From: an uncultured Candidatus Saccharibacteria bacterium
GTDB taxonomy: Bacteria > Patescibacteriota > Minisyncoccia > Sungbacterales > SURF-37
Length of the DNA stretch: 45,591 nucleotides
Direction of reading: 5' to 3'
NCBI GenBank assembly: GCA_964505815.1
Contig: CAZDKA010000002.1
Coordinates: 1 to 45,591 of the forward strand
Shown: positions 42,235 to 45,591 of the stretch, piece after piece
How the letters are laid out: each line of letters begins with the position of its first letter
Position numbering within the stretch: the stretch's first letter is position 1
Program-made: the position numbers and the translations under genes
The notes under the pieces: generated by a model
The model's database searches: none
What the model was told of the DNA's origin: nothing
What the model saw: the letters and a program-made list of their open reading frames with translations, nothing else

Positions 42235-42963
42235 TCACTTCTTTAGGCCAAAAAATTCTTTGAGATCATCGTCGAAGTTGATGACTCTCGTCTCTACGTA
42301 GCGAAGATGGCCGCCCAGGTCGTACAGCCTCCTCAAAAACTCAATTTCCTCCCTACACGGATACGGAAAAACGAAGGTGCTTTTTTGAAGAGGGCAAAAG
42401 CCCATATTCTTTAGACATCGCCGCAGGCCATCCCTAGCCCATTTATCCCCCTCCGGGACATCAAAAAACACCAACCGCCAGATGCCGTCCCATTTTTCTG
42501 GGCGCAGAACTTTTAAGCCCCAAAACGCCCGTTTCGCTAACTGCTCTTGACCTAACTTGGTAAGCCGAACTTCCCTTGTTTCGTCTTCGGTCTTTACGAC
42601 GCTCACATAACCTCGCCGTTTGAAATAAGTTATTTTATTTTCAAAATCTTTCCGATGAAAATAGCGCCTGTGCTTGCCGAGCCGGCCAAACGCCGAAAAG
42701 ATGTTTGGCGCAACCGCACCCACTATCAAAATCCCGCACACCGCAGCCATACCTAAAATAGTAAGCCCCAAAACCGTTCCGGTTTCTTTCAGCGTTTCGC
42801 GCCGTCTGAGTTTACGCGCGTCTCTTTCAACCAATCTTTCCGCCTCCTCCCATTCTCTTTTAAGATGTTCAACGATAAAACGGCGGTTTTCCCGATTCTT
42901 AACTGCCCGTTTCACGAGTTTACTCTCATATCCTCTTTTAAAAATCTTCTTTCCTGTCCCCAT
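42235..42963 (-). CDS. Membrane-anchored PaaX-like protein (winged helix plus Cas2-like central domain), paralog B
   Basis: Start at MGTGKKIFKRGYE (ATG 42963). The 16 upstream codons of the track ORF are the palindrome itself. APNIFSAFGR and WDGIWRLVFFDVPEGDKWARDGLRRCLKNMGFCPLQKSTFVFPYP. Confidence 0.6.
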   Translation of the reverse strand: MGTGKKIFKRGYESKLVKRAVKNRENRRFIVEHLKREWEEAERLVERDARKLRRRETLKETGTVLGLTILGMAAVCGILIVGAVAPNIFSAFGRLGKHRRYFHRKDFENKITYFKRRGYVSVVKTEDETREVRLTKLGQEQLAKRAFWGLKVLRPEKWDGIWRLVFFDVPEGDKWARDGLRRCLKNMGFCPLQKSTFVFPYPCREEIEFLRRLYDLGGHLRYVETRVINFDDDLKEFFGLKK

Positions 42964-42968
42964 AGTTA

Positions 42969-42994
42969 AAAACTTACGCGATCGCGTAAGTTTT
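42969..42994. repeat. Palindrome family B, copy 3 (26-bp perfect core)
   Basis: AAAACTTACGCGA|TCGCGTAAGTTTT, ending 5 nt from the ATG at 42963. Confidence 0.9.
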
Positions 42995-43013
42995 AACAAG
43001 AGTGAAAACATAG

Positions 43014-43041
43014 GAATAAAAAAAGGCGGGATTACTCCCGC
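43014..43041 (-). terminator. Rho-independent terminator after paralog P4
   Basis: GCGGGA-gtaa-TCCCGC on the minus strand, followed by CTTTTTTT. Confidence 0.65.
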
Positions 43042-43064
43042 GTGCTGACTGACGGATGTTTCGC

Positions 43065-43439
43065 TTAGCGCTTGACGCAGTCCGACGGGCCGCCGCTGTG
43101 TATCCAGTAGAAAACAGCAGGTGCCTTCGCCTTAAGGTTTTTGTCCCACACCTGGTGAGTGACATCCTGCATCTGACTCGAGCCGGCAAGCTTCATGAAA
43201 AACTTGGGCTCGTCGCTGTCCAGTTCCACGAAAATGTCGCCGGTGTAAGTCCTGATTTCCCATACTCTCCACTCCTTGCTTGTGTATTTGCGGATCGTAT
43301 TCTGCCCCTTGTCGCAAGCGAGCGTGTACCCCAGCTTGCCGCTCTTTTGGTAGTCCGGCAGAGTGGCTGCGGCGAAGGCCGGAGCCAAGACCGAAGACAC
43401 TGTGAAAAGCGCGATAAGAACTGCCACCAAGAGCTTCAT
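43065..43439 (-). CDS. Small secreted protein, LPDYQK family, paralog P4
   Basis: Signal peptide MKLLVAVLIALFTVSSVLAPAFA, ATLPDYQKSGK, CDKGQNT ... PSDC. Confidence 0.65.
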   Translation of the reverse strand: MKLLVAVLIALFTVSSVLAPAFAAATLPDYQKSGKLGYTLACDKGQNTIRKYTSKEWRVWEIRTYTGDIFVELDSDEPKFFMKLAGSSQMQDVTHQVWDKNLKAKAPAVFYWIHSGGPSDCVKR

Positions 43440-43515
43440 GATGCCTCCTTTGTTAGATGCGGTACTGATTTAAGGAATAGAAGAAATATTAATCTCGGCC
43501 TGCTGATCTGTCAAT
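43440..43515 (-). promoter_or_regulatory. Promoter plus conserved leader of the secreted-protein family (copy P4)
   Basis: Minus strand TTGACA (43510-43515), 17 nt, TAATAT, then TTCCTTAAATCAGTACCGCATCTAACAAAGGAGG. Confidence 0.55.
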
Positions 43516-43660
43516 GCTGGTGCATAGTATTCATCGGAACGGGCCACTCGGCGCTGAGACCGAAATGCGCATGATATTCATCTAACATCTGAGCAGCAAT
43601 ATTCAATGGGCCGCCGGTAGGGAGAATCACGAAGTAAACCAAGGGCCGTTGACCGTAATA

Positions 43661-43843
43661 CTATTTTGCGTTCACTTCTTCGTAAGAAGGCGGCTCCGGA
43701 TCGAGAGGTTGACCGGCATCGGCTAATGCCTTTGCTTGATCATGGGTATAGTGAACCAAATCGTGGCGCCTCATCGCGACTCCAAAAACTCCAGTCAGAT
43801 ACCAGATAGCCGCCAGCATCACAACAATGATTTTTTTCTGCAT
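43661..43843 (-). CDS. 60-aa membrane-anchored small protein
   Basis: Internal ATG at 43843 of the 118-aa track ORF, preceded by AAGGAGGGG. MQKKIIVVMLAAIWYLTGVFGVA. Confidence 0.5.
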   Translation of the reverse strand: MQKKIIVVMLAAIWYLTGVFGVAMRRHDLVHYTHDQAKALADAGQPLDPEPPSYEEVNAK

Positions 43844-44034
43844 TACCCCTCCTTTTTCTTTTTCCCACATTCTTTTTCGTGCGCCGTATGGCGGAAACTC
43901 TTGATGTTTTTGCCGCAGTGACGACAAGGAAAACAACACTGACAGCAAATAACGATTCCCGGCAGCTTCTCCAAGGCATGGTGACTGCAATAGCATTCGT
44001 CGAAATCTCGTCGACATCCGCCTTCTACCACCAT
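43843..44034 (-). CDS. 63-aa Cys/His-rich small protein
   Basis: GGAGGA 7 nt before the ATG at 44034, overlapping the argS stop. The TAA stop overlaps the next ATG (TAATG). 10 Cys, including ICCQCCFPCRHC. Confidence 0.5.
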   Translation of the reverse strand: MVVEGGCRRDFDECYCSHHALEKLPGIVICCQCCFPCRHCGKNIKSFRHTAHEKECGKKKKEG

Positions 44035-44046
44035 CGCCCCATCCTC

Positions 44047-45591
44047 CTACATTTTTAAAGGTGCAGAAACGCCTAAAAGACCCAATGTATTTTGTAGCAC
44101 GATTTGGGTTGCCTTGACAAGGGCGAGCCGAGCGCCAGTTAAATCTTTATCTTCGGTAATAACCCGGTGCTGTTCGTAAAAATTATGAAATGCGCGGGCA
44201 AGCTCTGTGGCATAGCGGGCTATGCGAATCACTTGCAAATCCTGCGCCGCATCTTCAACTATTTCTGGAAATTGAATCAATTTTTTTATCAAGAATAATT
44301 CTTCTTTCGAATTAAGCTTTTTGAATTTTGAATTGTCATTTTGAATTTTGAATTTTGAATTTTGAATTCTTTGTAAGATGCCTCTGCATCTTACATATGC
44401 GTACTGCACGTAATAGACCGGATTTTTAACCGAGCGCTCTTTGGCAAGTTCCAGGTCAAAATCCATATGCGAGTCGGGAGTATGCATCAAAAAGAAAAAC
44501 CGCGCGGCATCTAGCCCGACTTCGTCAATCAGTTCTTCAAGGGTTATGAATACACCCTTGCGCTTGGACATTTTTACTTCAACCCCGCCGCGCACCAGCC
44601 GAATCAGTTGGGTGATGATGATTTTGAACTTTTCTTTTGGAACGCCGAGGGCTGAAAGAGCCCCGGATAGACGCTGGGCATAGCCGTGGTGATCCGCACC
44701 CCAGATATCAATCGCCCTGTCAAATTTGCGAACGAAGAATTTGTTGAGGTGGTAAGCGAGATCCGGCAGAAAATAAGTCGGCTCGCCGCCGGATCTGACA
44801 AGCACCCTGTCCTCCGAGTCGCCGAAACCCTTGGAGCGGAACCACACCGCGCCATCCTGCTCATAACTCAGACTCTTTTCTTTGAGTGAAACAAGAACCT
44901 GCCCGACCGCATTTATTTTGTAAAGCGACTCCTCTGAGAAAAATCTGTCAAAAGAAATATGCGCCTTATTTTTGAGAAATGCGGTGTTTTGTTTCTGAAT
45001 TTCCAGGCCCAATAGATGTCCGGCTTCACCCGAAAGATTTGCTGCGCCCTTTTTCTCGAGTTTGGATATTTTCGGCTTCAATTTGGCAATGATTTTTTTA
45101 ACTTCAGGCGTCAAATATGTCGTGCCATCGCCAAGAGCGGTTTTCCCGAGTTCTTTAATCTGGGTTGAGTTCTTGGCGTCATTGACGTAGTACTCCCTGG
45201 TAACGTCAAAACCCGCGAAAGCAAGAGTGTTAGAAACAGCATCGCCGTAAAACCCTCCTCTTCCGTTGCCGAGAGTCAGCAGGCCGGTTGGATTGGCTGA
45301 AACAAACTCAACATTGACCCTTTCTTTTTTATTCTCGCCTTGGCCGTAAGATTTTCCGCGCTTGAGCGCTACCCTTAACTCGTCAAAAATAGCTTCCTTG
45401 GAAAGCCAGAAATTAATAAAACCCTGAGGCGGGGCCTCAATTTTATCAAAAAGCGCAGAGGCGCCCAGACCCGTTACGATGGCACGAGCTACATCGGCAG
45501 TCGGTTTTTTGAAATTTTTTGCAAGCACCAGTGCGGCGTTTGTAGAATAATCGCCGTGCGCCGTATTTTCCGGAACTTCAACAGAAAAATC
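44047..45591 (-). CDS. argS: Arginyl-tRNA synthetase, N-terminus cut by window edge
   Basis: The frame stays open to base 45591 (DFSVEVPENTAHGDYSTNAALVLAK); the track M at 45528 is an internal GTG. SANPTGLLTLGNGRG, KMSKRKG, C-terminal DALR-type anticodon-binding region. Confidence 0.95.
   Translation of the reverse strand, partial: DFSVEVPENTAHGDYSTNAALVLAKNFKKPTADVARAIVTGLGASALFDKIEAPPQGFINFWLSKEAIFDELRVALKRGKSYGQGENKKERVNVEFVSANPTGLLTLGNGRGGFYGDAVSNTLAFAGFDVTREYYVNDAKNSTQIKELGKTALGDGTTYLTPEVKKIIAKLKPKISKLEKKGAANLSGEAGHLLGLEIQKQNTAFLKNKAHISFDRFFSEESLYKINAVGQVLVSLKEKSLSYEQDGAVWFRSKGFGDSEDRVLVRSGGEPTYFLPDLAYHLNKFFVRKFDRAIDIWGADHHGYAQRLSGALSALGVPKEKFKIIITQLIRLVRGGVEVKMSKRKGVFITLEELIDEVGLDAARFFFLMHTPDSHMDFDLELAKERSVKNPVYYVQYAYVRCRGILQRIQNSKFKIQNDNSKFKKLNSKEELFLIKKLIQFPEIVEDAAQDLQVIRIARYATELARAFHNFYEQHRVITEDKDLTGARLALVKATQIVLQNTLGLLGVSAPLKM

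Noticed and set aside
42964-43011. 16-codon N-terminal extension MFSLLLKLTRSRKFLT of the PaaX-like paralog B
   Set aside because: These codons are the family B palindrome itself. The same KLTRSRKFL appears in a spurious plus-strand ORF at 42183-42210. The ATG at 42963 aligns with paralog A.
43056-43574. 172-aa plus-strand ORF and other long antisense ORFs (e.g. 38441..39001, 33350..33877, 22967..23605, 6637..7041)
   Set aside because: They lie antisense to genes with clear family motifs, have low-complexity or Arg/Ser-rich composition and lack start signals. I treat them as shadow ORFs.
1-45591. CRISPR arrays, tRNA/rRNA genes, transposases or integrases
   Set aside because: I saw no regularly spaced direct repeats with unique spacers, no tRNA-like T-arm or acceptor patterns in intergenic DNA, and no ORF with DDE, serine or tyrosine recombinase motifs. 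tRNAscan, Infernal and ISfinder searches should confirm this.

Overview
45.6-kb window of mostly minus-strand housekeeping genes: five aminoacyl-tRNA synthetases (leuS, metG, glyQS, ileS, argS), glyA, folD, glmS, dcd, tsaC, recO, tatD, yvcK and an IscU/IscA Fe-S module. Many small membrane or secreted proteins of unknown function lie between them. Gene content and style suggest a small-genome, Patescibacteria/CPR-like bacterium; this is inference only. No rRNA, tRNA, CRISPR array or transposase gene was recognised by eye. Main leads, strongest first: (1) a minus-strand cluster at 1612-7868 in which an AMMECR1/alpha-alpha-toroid fusion protein precedes a YcaO enzyme, a 75-aa ORF ending GDCCECCSC and two tandem paralogous membrane-anchored helical proteins. 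No canonical YcaO partner is present, so this is a candidate non-canonical RiPP-like system. (2) Two paralogous membrane-anchored PaaX/Cas2-like proteins, each bracketed by its own long perfect palindrome, linked to a four-member family of small secreted proteins with a conserved leader. (3) A ~148-nt structured element in three copies with fixed architecture and compensatory base changes. (4) Several further hairpin/palindrome families, two of which split a tatD gene relic. (5) Unusual insertions in essential genes: a histidine-phosphatase domain in IleRS, a Cys4 knuckle in IscU, heptanucleotide tandem repeats in ileS/argS/leuS/tatD, and palindromic inserts in tatD and leuS. All functional calls rest on motifs read by eye; no database search was possible.
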